Below, piece after piece: positions 13,499-28,300 of a DNA stretch of 64,000 nucleotides. The position numbers and the translations under genes are program-made. The notes beneath the pieces were generated by a model that was not told the origin of the DNA, did no database searches, and saw nothing but the letters and a program-made list of their open reading frames with translations. The DNA is from Narcine bancroftii (Eukaryota), in the NCBI RefSeq assembly GCF_036971445.1, contig NC_091473.1, positions 207,762,001 through 207,826,000 on the forward strand. The letters run 5' to 3'. How positions within the stretch are numbered: position 1 is the first letter of the stretch; each line of letters starts with the position of its first letter.

Positions 13499-13683
13499 TG
13501 CGATTGGACTGACAATAACCACAACAGCAGTGTGAGTATAAGACAGCTTTAATAAACTAATATGTACACTAAGAGGTCTTGTCTCTGCAAGACAAACCTG
13601 GAAGGCGAGAATGTAGCTCTGGACTGCTTTATATACAAAGGATGACCCCTTGTGACCTAGTGGTGCAATTACATATCACCACA
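13499..13683 (-). mobile_element. Short solo LTR
   Basis: TG...CA ends, 4-bp TSD ggga; absent from the paralogous sequence near 34985. Confidence 0.6.
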
Positions 13684-14071
13684 GGGAGCAAATACTGGAC
13701 TTCTCCACATCTCATGAATTAAAAAAAAACTTTATTTATTCATTCAAAAAACAAATAATATATGACATATACAACAATTAACCATAAACATGAACGTTAT
13801 TTTTTATATATATAAAAAAAAAGAAAAGACCCCCCCCAACTTCAGCCAACTCTCCTTAGGAGAGCCATAAAGAAAGAAAAAATAAAAAATATTAAAGAAA
13901 AATTAAATATACATATTAAGATCCAATCAACGTAAATTGAAATGTAGAAATTCTGAATATAACAACCACTTATTAATTAAAAATTATAATTATCACGCGA
14001 AACATACGTAATTTTTTCCATCATTAAACAATATTTCATCTCATTATGCCATCTATTAATATCAATCATAT

Positions 14072-14595
14072 TAGTTCTGGTCTCCAAACTTGAGGAAGGA
14101 CATACTAGGTATAGAGGGTGTGCAGCGCAGATTTACAAGGTTAGTTCCAGGGATGGCAGGGTTGACATATGCAGCAAGGCTAGAAAAACTGGACTTGTAT
14201 CCATTGGAGTTTAGAAGGATGAGGGGGGACATGATTGAGGTATACAAAATCATCAGGGGGATAGACAAGGTGAAGTCTGATTACGTGTTCCCAATGATGG
14301 GGGAGACGAGGACTAGAGGGCATAGTTTAAGAATACAGGGTAGGCCCTTTAGGACGGAGATGAGAAAGCATTTTTTTACCCAGAGAAGTGTGAATCTGTG
14401 GAATGCTCTGCCACAGAGGGTGGTAGAGGCGGATTCGCTGACTATGTTCAAAAGAGAGTTAGATAAGACTCTTGTGGGTAACGGAGTTAAGGGTTATGGG
14501 GATAAGGCTGGAAAGGGGTACTGATGGTAATGATCAGCCATGATCTAAAATTTGACAGGCCAAATGGCCTACTCCAGCTCCTATTGTCTATTGTA
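14072..14595 (+). mobile_element. 5'-truncated CR1 LINE nested in L1
   Basis: IEGVQRRFTRLVPG...LEFRRMRGDMIEVYKI...TRGHSL...FFTQR; (ctattgt)n tail. Confidence 0.92.
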
Positions 14596-17250
14596 CCTTT
14601 CTACGTACTAGCAATACATTTTTTCGCTACAGATAAAGCTAAATATACAAAAGCAAGCTGAAACTTATCTAATCCCAAGCCTTTCAGAGGTTGCAAACTA
14701 CCCAATAAAAATACTGTTGGATCTAAAACTATTTTAATCTTATACAGATATTCTAAAAATGATTGAATTTTCTTCCAAACAGATTGTCTATGTATACATG
14801 ACCAAACAGCATGAAAAAAAGTTCCAACCGTATCACCACATCTAAAACACAAATCTGATTCATGAAAACCATACTTTTTAAATTTTTCAGGTGTTAAGTA
14901 TAATTGATGTAAAAAATTATAGTTAATCATTGCATAACGTGCATTTATCAATCTAGTTACACTATCATACCAGATATCTAACCAATCATCTTCGGAAAAA
15001 ATAAAACCAGTATCCGCATCCCATTTACTTTTAGATCTATCCCGACCCTTTTTATCTATACCATCCTGTAATATTTGATAGCTAGATGAAATATAACCCT
15101 TCTCTGGTTTCTTCATAAAAGTCTCAAATTTAGTCATTTCAGGTAAAATCATATCTCTACCAAACATACATTTTACCAAAGATTGAATTTGATAATAGAG
15201 AAACAAAGAGTTCTTATCAATACCAAAACTTTCCCTCATCTGATTAAAAGATAAAAATTTACCCTCTTTAAAACAATCTCCCAAATTTTTCACACCTTTA
15301 AATCTCCAATGCAATAAACTTTGATTATGTATTGAAAAAGAAATAAGTTGATTATTATACAACAGAGTCAAAGCCGATAATTTACCCCTGGAGCCTGTCA
15401 TTTTATTTTTCTTTATCCATAACTTCATTAAATGTTTTAGTATAGGCACATTATATTATTGGAACAAATTTATATTCCATCTAAACAAAAATTGATGTAT
15501 TTCAAATTCAGAAATATTTGCCATCTCAATTTTGGCCCATCTAGGAGGCCATACCAAATCCATCAATGAACTAATAAATTTAAGTTGGGCTGCTTCATAA
15601 TAATTTTGAAAATGTGGTAAATGTAATCCCCCTAACTCATATTTCCAAGATAATTTATTCAAAACAACTCTCGAAAATTTACCTCTCCATAAAAACTCCC
15701 TCACCATTTTATTCAAGTCTCGAAAAAAAATATTATCAAGTAAATACGGAATAGATTGAAACAAATATTGTATACGCGGAAAAATATTCATCTTAATTGT
15801 ATTTATCCTACCCATTAAATTAATAGGTAAATCTTTCCATTTAATCAAATCAGGTTTAATTTTTTTCATTAACGGAACATAATTTAATTTATATAAAGAT
15901 TGATAATTAACATTCAAGATTATACCCAAATATTTAATTTGATCAGTCCATTTCAAATTAATAATATTCTTATAAACTGAATAATCTCCTTCACTTACTG
16001 GTAATATTTCACTTTTTTCCCAATTAACTTTATATCCAGAAAGACATCCATATTGTATTAAACACTCCTTCAAGTGCAAAAGTGACTGAGCTGGGTTTAT
16101 TAAATACACCAACACATCATCAGCAAATAAATTAATTTTATACTCCTCGTCTAAAACTTTCATACCTTGTATCTGTGTATTTTATCTTATCAGCTGTGCC
16201 AAAGCTTCAATCACTAATCCAAACAAAGTTGGTGATAAAGGACAACCTTGACGAATTGATCGAGTTAACTTAAAGGGTTCCAAAATCAAACCATTCGTCA
16301 ATACTCTAGCTACCAGTTTACTATATAGACCCCTGAACCAACCAATAAAGAAAGGACCAAACTTAAATTTCTCCAAAACTCTAAACAAAAAATTCCATTC
16401 AACTCTATCAAATGCTTTTTCTGCATCTAGAGATATCACCATCGGGTGATCTGAAGATTGTCAAAATCTATTAATCAAACTAATCACGCGCAAAATATTA
16501 TCTGAAGCATATCTATTCTTTATAAAACCTGTTTGATCCATATGAATCAACTTAGGTAAAAATTTAGCCAATCTATTCGCTAATATTTTAGCTATTATTT
16601 TATAATCTACATTTCACAACAAAATTTGTCTAATTTGTCTACTTTCAAAGGTTCTCTATCTTTTTTTGGGATTACTGTAATTAAAGCACTAGAACAAGAC
16701 TCAGGTAGTTCATAATGTTCTCCAACTTGACGTAATACACCCCCAAACACTGTAGATAAATCATCATAAAAAATTTTATAAAATTCAACCGAAAACCCAT
16801 CATCACCAGGCGATTTACCATTCAGCATTTCCAGCATAGACATTTTAATTTCCGAATCAGTAAATGGTTCTTCTAACTCCTGTATATCTGCATCCTCTAA
16901 TATCGGTAAATTCAACTGAGATAAAAAAAAAGATCAATCGATCCAGTTTCTTGTTATCCTTCAGATGTATATAACTTTTTATGAAATGAACAAAATTCAT
17001 CATTAATCTCACAAAGTTTATGTAATAAGAGAATTCCGTCTAACAGCATTAATAGTCCTCGAAATCTGTTCTTTCTTTAATTGCCACGCCAATACCTTAT
17101 GTGCTTTCTCTCCCCATTCATAATACCGTTGTTTAGTCTATTCAAATTGATAAGATTGCAAAGTATTATATTCCAATTTCAATCAAGATAATTCTATTTT
17201 CTCATCTTCTGTAGCATCTTTCTGGAATTCCTTTTCTAACTCATCAATCT

Positions 17251-20200
17251 ATATAACATAACATAACAATTACAGCACGGAAACAGGTCATTAGGCCCTT
17301 CTAGTCCGCACCGAAACAAACACTCCTCTCTAGTCCCACCTACCTGCACAATGACCATAATCCTCCACCTTCTTCTCATCCATATACCTGTCCAGCTTTT
17401 TCTTAAATAATAAAATTGACTCTGCCGCCACTATTTCTCCCGGAAGCTCATTCCACACTGCCACCACTCTCTGAGTAAAGAAGTTCCCCCTCATGTTACC
17501 TCTAAACCTCTGCCCCTTAACTCTTAACTCATGTCCTCATTTCAATCTCTCCTACTCTTAACGGAAATAGCCTATCCACATCCACATCCACTTTCAGATC
17601 CCTTTCATAATCTTAAATACCTCTATCAAATCCCCTCTCAACCTTCTACGCTCCAAAGAATAAAGACCTAATCTGCCCAATCTCTCCCTGTACTCTAGAT
17701 GCTTAAACCCAGGTAACATTCTGGTAAATCTTCTCTGCACTCTCTCCACTCTGTTTATATCCTTCCTATAATTAGGCGACCAGAACTGCACACAGAACTC
17801 TAAATTAGGCCGCACCAACGCCTTATACAATCTCAACATCACTTCCCAACTCCTATATTCCATGCAATGATTGATAAAGGCCAGCATACTAAAAGCCTTC
17901 TTCACCTCCCTATTCACATGAGTTTCTACCTTCAGGGAACGATGTACCGTTACTCCTAAATCCTTCTGCTCTTCTGTATTCATCAATGCTCTCCCATTTA
18001 CTACGTATGTCCTGTTCTGATTCTTCTTACCAAAATGAAGCACCTCACACTTATCAGCATTAAATTCCATCTCCCATTTTTCAGCCCACTTTTCTAAGCA
18101 GCCCAAATCCCTCTGCAATCCTTGAAAACCTTCTTCATTATCCACTCTTCCACCTATCTTAGTATTGTCTGCATATTTACTAATCCAATTCACCACCCCA
18201 TCATCTAGATCATTAATGTATATAACGAACAACAATGGGCCCAATACAGATCCCTGAGGCAAACCACTGGTCACCGGCCTCCAACCTGACAGACAATTTT
18301 CCACTACCACTCTCTGGCCTCTCCCTTTCAGCCAATGTTCAATTCATTTGACTATCTCAAAATTTATACCTAAAGACTGCACCTTCCTAACTAACCTTCC
18401 ATGTGGTACCTTATCGAAGGCCTTACTGAAGTCCATATAGACAACATCCACCGTGCTACCCTCATCCACATTCCTAGTCACCTCTTGAAAAAATTCAATC
18501 AGATTGGTCAAACAGGACCTTCCGCTCACAAATCCGTGTTGAGTGCTATCTCTAAGAACTTTCTCCATTAATTTACCTACCACAGACGTCAAAGTTACAG
18601 GCCGATAATTGCCAGGTTTCCTCCTTGAACCCTTTTTAAATAACGGAACCACATGCGCAATACGCCAATCCTCCGGCGCTATCCCCATCTCTAATGACAT
18701 TTGGAAAATTACCGTCAGAGCCTCTGCTATTTCCTCCTTTACTTCTCTCAATGTCCTGGGGAAGATCCCGTCTGGTCCCGGAGACTTATCCACCTTTATA
18801 TTCCTCAAAAGCCCTAACACTACATCTTCCGTAATCTCTATATTCTCCATATTTACCCAATTTGCTTTTTTTTATCTCACATATCCCAATATCCTTCTCC
18901 TTGGTGAATACCGAAGAAAAGAAACTGTTCAATATCTCCCCCATTTCTCTGGTCTCCACACACAGTTTTCCCCTCTAATTCTCTAAGGGACCAATTTTGT
19001 CTCTCGCTTTCCTTTTACCAGAATCCTTTTGGATTAATTTTCACCCTGCTTGCTTTAGTCTCCTCGTACCTTCTTTTAGCTTTCCTAATTCCTCTCTTAA
19101 GATTCCTCTTACATTCAATGTATTTTTCAAACATCTCCTTAATTCCATGCTTCTAATACCTAATGTACGCCTCCCTTTTTCTTCGAACCAAGTTTCCAAT
19201 ATTCCTTGAAAACCACGGCTCTCTCAAACCTTTTGCCCCTCCTTTTAACCTAACAGGAACATAAAGCTTTTGCACTCTCAAAGTCTGATCTTTAAAAGAC
19301 TTCCATCTCTCTACTACATCCTGCCTATAAAACAAATTGTCCCAATGCACACCCTGCAAGTCCTTTCGCATCTCCTCAAATCTAGCTTTTCCCCAATCAA
19401 AAACCTCAACCCTTGGCCCTGACTTATCTCTTTCCATAATGACATTGAAGCTGATGGCATTATAATCACTGGACCCGAAGTGCTCGCCAACACTAACCTC
19501 CGTCACTTGACCCATCCCATTTGCCAACAGTAGATCTAACACTGCTCCTACAACATATTGTTGTAAAAAACTATCTTGCACACATTTCACAAACTCTAAC
19601 CCATCCAGCCCTTTCACAGAATGTGTTTCCCAATCTATATGTGGAAAATTAAAATCTCCCATAATTACAACCCTGTGCTTATCACAAATATCCACTATCT
19701 CCCTACAGATTTGCTCCTCTAGGTCTTGGTCCCCTCCGGGTGGTCTATAATACACCCCTACAAGTGTAACCTCTCCTTTCCCACTCCTCAGTTCCACCCA
19801 AATAGCCGCCGTGGACGAGCCCTCTAATCTATCCTGCCTAAGCACCGCTGTAATATTCTCCCTGACAAGTAATGCAACACCATCTCCTCTTGTCCCTCCG
19901 ACTCTATCACACCTAAAGCAACGAAACCCAGGGATATTCATCTGCCAATCGCATCCCTCCTGCAACCATGTCTCACTAATCGCTTCCACATTATACTTCC
20001 AAGTATCAATCCACACCTTCAGCTCATCCACCTTTTTTACAATACTCCTGGCATTAAAATATATGAATTTCAGAGATTTCCCAATTCTTAATCCCTGTTT
20101 TCCCTCATCTTTAATAACATTATTTCCTTTTCCTGCCAATTGCCCTTCATCTTCTTCCAGAGCATTTCCTTTCTCTATCACCTGCCCATCCATATTCAAA

Positions 20201-20758
20201 TACTTACTACAAACTTTCTTTGTTTGCATTCTAACCTTCTCCTTACTGCTCTGTACTATTTTGCTCCCTCCCCTCAACCATTCTAGTTTAAAGGATCCTG
20301 AGTAGCCTTAGCAAATACCCCTGCCAGGATTCTGGTCCCCCTGGGATTTAAGTGTAACCCGTCCTTACTGTACAGGTCACATCTTCCCCAAAAAAGGTCC
20401 CAGTGATCCAGAAACTTGAAACCCTGCCCCTTACTCCACCCCTTCAGCCACGTGTTAATCCTCCACCTCATTCTATTTCTATTCTCACTGTCACGTGGCA
20501 AAGGGAGTAATCCAGAGATTACCCCCTTTGCGGTCCTTCTTTTTAACTCCCTACCTAACTGCCTGTACTCACTTTTTAGGACCTCTTCTCAATTCCTCCC
20601 TATGTCATTGGTGCCTACATGTACCACGACCTCTGGCTCCTGTCCCTCCCACTTTAGGATATCCGGGACACGAGCAGCAACATCCCGGACCCTGGCACGA
20701 GGGAGGCAAACCACCATCCGGTTCTCCTTGCTGCGTCCACAGAATCCCCTATCTGTCC
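17251..20758 (-). mobile_element. CR1 LINE nested in L1 ORF2
   Basis: ORF1 esterase end (DGLHLN), ORF2 APE (YFNARS, GDFNFP), RT (DFSKAFDKVPH, PQGSVLGP, KYAD), (ttatg)n tail; internal deletions. Confidence 0.93.
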
Positions 20759-23577
20759 TGTTTCTCTAATTCAAAACTCTGATTTAATCGATTCTTTTTT
20801 ATTTTAGAAGTATAACTAATTATTTGTCCTCTCAAATAGGCTTTCATAGCATCCCATAATACAAACTTGCTTTGAACAGAATTAAATTTTCTTTCAAAAA
20901 AAATTAATTTGATTTTTTTTAAAAATCAATAAATTCCATATTTTTACCATCGTATTAAACCTCCAACGATAGGCCACTTGAATTTTCTCAGAAGTTGCAT
21001 ATGTAAAATATAACAAAGAATGATCTGAAATCACCCTACTTTTATATTCCGCTTGTTGTATTTTCTCTTGTAAGTGTGCCGATACTAAAAAGAAGTCAAT
21101 CCTTGAAAACGATTCATGTCTCGATGAATAAAAGGAGAAATATTTCTCTGTCGGATTAAGACGTCTCCAAATATCTACTAAATTAAGATCTTTCATCAAC
21201 GCTTGGACCTGAATTGTCATCTTGGATTTCTTAACTTTCTTCGGAGATTTATCTAATAAAGGTTCCAAAACACAATCAAAATCACCACCAACTAAAATAT
21301 TATCGTTAGCCTGACCCAAAAATAAAAATGCATCTGAAATAAATATTTCATCATCTGCAATTGGGGTATATATATTAAGTCCAAAATTCACTAAAAATCT
21401 TACAATTCAATTTAAGAGAACATCCTGCCTTTTCCTCCATTGATTGTAATTCAAAAGATAAATTTTTATGTATCAAAATTGCTACACCTTTAGCCCTAGA
21501 ATTAAATGAAGAAGAATATACATGCCCAACCCAGTCCCTCTTTAATTTCATACTTTCCTTCAGATTCAAATGTGTTTCTTGTAAAAAAGCAATATCAATT
21601 TTCATTTTAATATACGCCAAGACTCACTTACGCTTAATCGTACTGTTTAATCCTCGAACATTAAAAGTAGCAAACCTCAACTTTGACATATCTACTATTA
21701 TTACTAAATACCAATAATATCTTTATATAAAAACTCAAATCAACGCATATAGGCCCTCAAATAGAAAAATAATCACAAATTAATAATTAACTGAAATGAG
21801 AATAAAAAAATAAAGAAAAAAAAGAACCCCCCCTCACAAAAAAAAGGTAGTAATCCCCTAAACAAAAATTGGGTGTGGGTTACCCACCAGTGGCTGATGA
21901 CTAGTAAAGAACTTAGAGCAAATCTCTCCCTCCCCAGCCAAACAATGTATAACATCAAAATATCATAATAACAAAAAAATAGAGTAAGAAAAAGAAAATT
22001 CTTCTTTTCATTCAAGAAATTCCAATTTCGAAGATCCCATTTCAGAAGAAGCTGGACTCTTTACATTCCTGTTTTTCCCATTTCTGCCATTTCTTCCATT
22101 TCCAGAACAACCAGATTTTTCTTTAGGAGATCATAGTGCACTACGTCTTTGTCCTTTTATATCTGGCAAATGAATCAGCAAAAATCATTGCTTCACGATC
22201 ATTCTCAAAAAACCGAAATTGATAGTCTCCATAAAACACCTTCAACACTGCAGGGTAGCAAAAAGTAGACTTATAACTATTACGCCACAAAACTTCTTTA
22301 ACTGGATTAAATCGACGTCGACGTTGAATGGCCTCTTGACTCAAATCAGGAAAGAAAAAAACTCTGCTATTCTGAATCAATAACGGAGTTTGTTGTTGTC
22401 TCGCATTTTGCACTGCTAGTCGAAGTATTGCTTCTCTGTCCAAATAATTCAAACATCGAATTATTACCGGTCTCGGTGGTTGACCAGCTGAGGGTGTTCT
22501 TCTTGGAGCTCTATGGGCTCTTTCCAGTGCCAATCCTCCAGAAAAAAATTCTTGCCCTAATACTTGCGGGATCCAGTCTTTAAAGAAACGAAGAGGATCT
22601 TGTCCTTCTATACCTTCTGGCAAACCAACAATTTTCACATTATTCCTTCTGCTTTGATTCTCCAAGTAGTCTATTTTCCTCTCTAATTCCTTCTCGTGTT
22701 CTCCCAATTCTATGACTGATTTTTCAATCTTCAATACTTTTTCTGTGTTAGAAGCCACTTGTTGTTTACAGTCTGAAATAGCAGTCTGAATTTTTTTTAT
22801 TTCTTCATAAGATGCATCCACATGTGCTTTAACTGTATTCAATTCTAAACTTATACTAGCATTCATTTGAACCATCTCATTCATTTAAGGCTGAATAACT
22901 GCATTTCGGTACATACACTATAGATCAGAAAAGCTCAGCCCTGCTCTCTCTGACATAGTGGCAGAACAGGGTAACTGCAGCTCCTGCTGCAACTCAACAG
23001 AAGGCATTTTAAAAGTTTTACTGTGGGTCTGGACTCCCAGTGATGGCACCCCGACTTCCTCAGGGGGTCGCCGCTGGTCTCCCCCCACATCTCGTTGTTT
23101 TTACATGAAATCACGAAGGTAAGTGATTTCTTCAGGTTGAAATGCTTCCTGATGCATTTCCAACAATGGAGTCGTCTTCCTGTGTGCTCCCTCTGTTGAA
23201 ATCGAAAGGCTTTCAAAATCGGGATCCACTTCTTGGGAACACACACCTTCTTCCAGAGAACAGGTAATTCCAGCACCATCCTTCACTTGGTGAATAATAG
23301 ACATTTTTTTTCAGCTCCCACAGGCAGTCTTTGAGGTTTAGACACTGAAGAGATTAAACCTGGGGCTGTATCAAGTCGTCTTGGCCCCAAATCTTCAGCA
23401 CTTCGAAAATGTAATTTCTTCTGGACTTGAGGTTTAATCTTTTTACCATTAGTGGCCATAATAGTTCCCTGATACTTTAAACTAAAATTTTAAAAGTTTA
23501 AACTTGAAAACAAAGGGTTAAAAAACGGGAACTTAAAAGTCTGGCCAGAGAGGTCGAGATTACACATCTAGACTCTA

Positions 23578-23587
23578 CGCCATCTTG
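23578..23587 (-). promoter_or_regulatory. YY1-like site at the L1 5' end
   Basis: CAAGATGGCG about 12 nt from the element start, positioned as in mammalian L1 internal promoters. Confidence 0.55.
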
Positions 23588-23684
23588 CCACGCCCCCCCC
23601 TCCACATCTCATGAATGAAGAAATAAGTGGCATACATTTTTATACCATTGTGACTGATCCATCACTATGTTGACTCCTGTGTTG

Positions 23685-23915
23685 GGTTGGCACAGTCAGT
23701 GTAGCATTAAGTCCAACTCTGTTATGGCACCAGCAGCCCAGGTTCAAATCCAGTACTGTCTGTAAGGAGCCTGTACATTCTCCCTATGTCTGCAAGGGTT
23801 TCCTCTGGGTGCTCTGGTGACCTGTCTCCCTTCTAAAGGGTTGATGGGATGCAAATGGAGTGTATGGGCTCATGCGCTGGAAGGGCCTGTAACCGTGCTG
23901 TGTGTATATTTAAAT
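23685..23915 (+). mobile_element. tRNA-derived SINE
   Basis: ggcacagtcagtgtagc...ggttcaaatcc B-box, then the body shared with the other SINE copies (ctgtctgtaaggag...gaagggcctg). Confidence 0.7.
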
Positions 23916-24519
23916 TTATTAGGTAAATCTCACTATATTGGGATTGATTTCTGATCAAAATTGCAATGTAATTAATTCATTGTTATGTAATTTAATGACT
24001 GTTTCACCTTCTATTACCTTCGATTGTTGCATGGTGGTGTTGACTTGTTTCCATGGAAAGTGGATGGAGAATTTGTTTTCATTTGTATAAATGGCTGTGG
24101 ATCAATTCCCTGAGGCTTGTTTACACATGGGGCAGGTCTTCTCCACCAAGACCTGGTCCAAGGTCATGTTCACCCATCGTTTGTTCCTGTGATTTATTGC
24201 CCCATAATCTGAATTGGGGCCAGATGGAAAGGATGATGAAATGTACTGTGGGTTTGTGAGGAAGGACAGGCAGGGGAGGAGCAGAAATGTCGTCAGTTGG
24301 AGTGTTTCAAATGTGTCCAGGGAGTTGTAGCGCTATCGTTAGGATTAATATGCCTTAATTACCTTAAGACATCAACACACCTCACATGTTTCTAGCCCGG
24401 TTCCAAGGCAGGTTCTGAGGGAGGAGTTTGGGCAGATCAGCCTTTATAGAGATTTCCAGGAGGGAGGAATCACAGGTTCAGAGGTGGGCCATAAAATATA
24501 AACAATACAGTGGTCGCAC

Positions 24520-24900
24520 CACAGGAATATTAGGAATAAAGGAAACCAATTTATTTAGAGCATGGATTAGAGCATGTGATGTTTTGGCTGTTACAGAGAT
24601 TTAGATGACGCAAGGGATAGGATGGAAGGTAAGAGTAGGGGTGGGTGGTAGATAGGAAAACAGGTCAGGGATAGCATCACGGCTATGGAAAGGGAGGGCT
24701 CTGGAGAAGGAGTGTCTCCTGAGTCAGTGTGAGTGGAAGTCAGAAAGAGAAAGGGAGGAATCAGTGTTCTGGGAGTAGTCTATAGGTTCTCAAATGGTCC
24801 CCAAGATCCTGCGGAACAGAGAAGCAGGGAGAACTTGGAATGTTGCAGAAATTACAGGGTTGTTTTTATGGGAGACTTCCATTTCCCAAATATTTACTCA
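24520..24900 (+). mobile_element. Old CR1 endonuclease fragment
   Basis: VLGVVYR...RVVFMGDFHFPNI. Confidence 0.65.
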
Positions 24901-25340
24901 GTATTGGCCGTCTGCACCTGCGCTAGTTAAAAAAGGTTGGTGGCGGATGCCATTTCCAGGGGCTTGTTATCCATTGTATTGTTGAATTTAACTGTAAAAC
25001 ATTCATCAGAGGTTGCCACTTTTGCAGTATGGTTATTCGATGCATCAACAAACATGGTGTCAGAGTCTGAACCTGAAGCCTCCAAGTAAGAATTGAGTAA
25101 CCAACGCCACGTTTATGACTGCACCATAATGGCAGACTGATTCAGAAGGCCTGACCCGTTGCAGATCTACAAGAAGCTAAACATAACTAATCATTTGTGC
25201 TCAGTCCTTCGTCAAGCTCCAAGCTTTCCTTTGCCCATAACTGCTTTGAACGTTAAGAAGACTGATCACGCTTCCCAAAATGTTATCCCATTGGAACTCT
25301 GATCACCTGGCCGAGCTCATTTGCCAATACAAGGTTGAGT

Positions 25341-28300
25341 TGTGGTGATACGACCACTAGCCTACTGCAGGGGGTGATCTCTGTACCTGCAGGAAGACCA
25401 CCTAAGGGGGCTGACTCCACCTGGCTGGCTGTCAATTAGCCAACCCGAATATAGACCAGAGCTGGACCCTCCTAAGCCAGTCACACGGGGCGCCACCAAG
25501 GCATGATGTTCAGACTTTTGCTGGAATAAAACCTGTTGTCCAGTCTTTAGAGTTTTGTACTTTCTTGCCGCTGCCTCAGTGCTCCACAATGTATTCCAAT
25601 AAAACTTTTAAAGAGTGACCATGGAGAAGTTGACGATCGGGAGCCAAGAGATCGACCCTCAACACCAGGCACGCTTCGAGATCTGGAGGCATGCGAATGA
25701 GGCGATCTTCCTAACTCACCCACAAACCAGAAATGGCTCATGATGCTCCACACCAAGCAGAGCCTACGAACTTTCCAGGCCATCAAGGACTGTGCAGACA
25801 ACGAACCTGCGATGGCTGTCCTGGAGATAGTGTACAAGCCCCAGACAAATGTGTCTACGGCCGGTATCTGCTCAGCATCAGGTCTTAGCAGCCAGGTGAG
25901 AAGGCCGATGCCTAACTGGGGGCCCTGTGGGTGATAGCTCACACGTACCTGGCCGAGACGGGGTGACAGAAGGGGAAGGGGAACGACTGATCCAGGACAC
26001 CTGTGTGCGAGGGCTGCGCTCGAGGAGCGCCCAACAGAAGCTGTTGGATGAAAACATCGCCTCACTTGCCAGGACAATTGGGGTAGTCCGCTCCCTGGAG
26101 GCTGCAGCTCATCATGCTTAGGCCTTCTATGCCCAACTCCCCCAACCTCCGGTCTGGCAGATGCAGACGACCGCTGTCGCTGAAGGGCTTTACCTGGAGG
26201 AGACTATCGCTGCTGCCGGGTTCTAGTGTGGGTCAGACAGGTGATTCCACAAAGGCTGCCCAGCAAGGAACTCGTACTGCTCTCCATGCGGGAAGAAACG
26301 TCACTTCGCCCAAGTGTGCCTTTCCAGGCCCGTCGGGAGCGCAGCGGCCCTCCCGAACATCGCCACGTGTGAGGACCGGGCAACGCCATCACTCACCCTG
26401 CCACTTCCGCCCACACCGCTGACGTCACTTCTGGCCCACCCACCGACTGGCACTGCTGCCGTGCGCTCACCCCCGGCGCCGCCATCTTCTTCTGCACGAC
26501 TTGAGCCTCATCGAAGATGTCACTTCCGCTCGTTCAGGTGACGTCACCTCCAACTTCACAGCTGGTCCTATCGCCTTTCCACGTTGACGCCACGTGTGTC
26601 GGGACGATGTGGTCAACATGGGCGCACACCCGATTGAGCAGCATCCGCACCCCATGCCCAGAAAGAAGCCGCTGGCCGCTACTCACCTTATCCATCGAGG
26701 AGCAATGATGGAGATCGCTGTCAATGGGAAGATAACAAAATGCCTATCCGATAGCGGAAGGACTGAGAGCATCGTGCACCCGAATGTGGCCCGGACACTA
26801 AAGCTCCAAATCTAGCCCACCAACTTTTCTATCGCAGTCCAGGACCACTCTCTCACAGCCTTCAGGCACTGCTCAGTGGATTTGACAGTTGGGTTGCAGG
26901 GGGGGGGGAGGGGAACTTACCAAGGTTTCAGGCTCCCACCCCACCCCACCCCAGCTCTGTGCCCCAGTCCTCTTTGGGCTGGACTTCGAATGCCCCCCCC
27001 CCCCCCCCCGGCTCACAGTCAACAGCATGCACCCCGTGCGACTGCCCCCAATCCACCTACGGCCTCTCCAAGTTACAAGTAACCCCTCCCATTCTGTTCA
27101 ACTACCTTATGTCAGATTGCAAGCACCAGCCCATGGAGAGCCCAAGTCCTAGTTGTAAAAGAGGATAGCAAACTGAGGATGGTCATCGATTATAGCCAGA
27201 CCATAAACCGGTACACCCAACTAGACGCCTACCCCCTACCCTGAATAGCCGACATGGTCATCGAGATAGCCCGCTCTTTGGTTTATTGACAATTGACCTA
27301 AAGTCAGCCTACCACCAGCTCCCTATCCATACATGGGATAAGCCATACACTGCCATTGAGGCAGATGGGGGCCTTGAGCTGTTCTGTTGGGTGCCGTTTG
27401 GGGTCTCTGTTTTCCAGCAGGAGATGGACCTCACGGTAGACCGGCACAACCTCAGAGAGACCATCCCGTACTTGGACTATGTCGCCATCTGCAGCCACGA
27501 CCACCAGGACCACGTTGACAATCTGGAGAGATTTCTCCGGACGGCCGAGGAGCTTAACTTCATTTACAACAAAGAGAAGTGCGTGTTCAGCACCACCCGC
27601 CTCGTCATCCTAGGATACATCATGGAACATGGTGTCGTCAGTCCTGATCCAGAATGCATGTGCCCACTAATGGAAGTGCCCCTTCCCCACACACTCAAGG
27701 CCCTCCACAGGTGCTTTGGACTTTTCTTCTATTACTCCTAGTGGATCCCCACTGACCCAAGCCATCACTTTTCCTCACCGCACCCCCCGAGTCACAAGAA
27801 GCATTTGTCCAAATCAGGCAGGACATCGCTGATGCCACGATGCATGTTGTGGATGAGGACACCCCATTCCAGGTGGAATGCGACGCCTCTGATGTTGCCC
27901 TCACGCAGCTACCCTTAACCAAGTCGGGGGCGACTGTAGCTTTTTTCGGCAGGACCCTCCGTGGTTCTGAGCTCAGACACTCCGCCATTGAAAAGAAGTG
28001 GAAGCAGTCCGCCACTGGTGCTACTACCTGGCAGGCAGGAGGTTCACCTTTCCTCACCGACCAGCGCGCAGTAACTTTCATGTTCAGTACCACCCATAAG
28101 GGCAAGATCAAAAATTATAAGATATTGCGCTGGAGAGTCGAGCTGGCCACGCTCAGCTACGACATCCAATACAGATCAGTAAAGTTCACCGACTCCCCAA
28201 CGCTCTGCCCCGGACCTCCACCGTGGTACAATCTGACCAACTGTAGGCGCTGCACGATACCCTTTGTCACCCGGGTGTCACGTGCCTGTACCATTTCATC

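Larger units (their letters stand above)
13720..23599 (-). mobile_element. Full-length L1-clade LINE (decayed) hosting two CR1 insertions
   Basis: 17-bp TSD ctccacatctcatgaat (13703-13719, 23600-23616); 5' end gggggggcgtggcaagatggcg; ORF1 (LENQSRRNNVKIVGLPEG, LERAHR) about 22141-23459; ORF2 from 21689 (QETHL, DAEKAFDRVEW, RQGCPLSP, LFADD, LCFRC..H..WSC). Confidence 0.95.

Noticed and set aside
23849-23856. Octamer ATGCAAAT (also ATTTGCAT at 41637-41644)
   Set aside because: Both lie inside SINE or CR1 remnants and are not kept in related copies.
24053-24259. Similar short plus-strand ORFs (MESGW... / METGW... at 35415)
   Set aside because: A by-product of the local duplication; no splice context or protein features.
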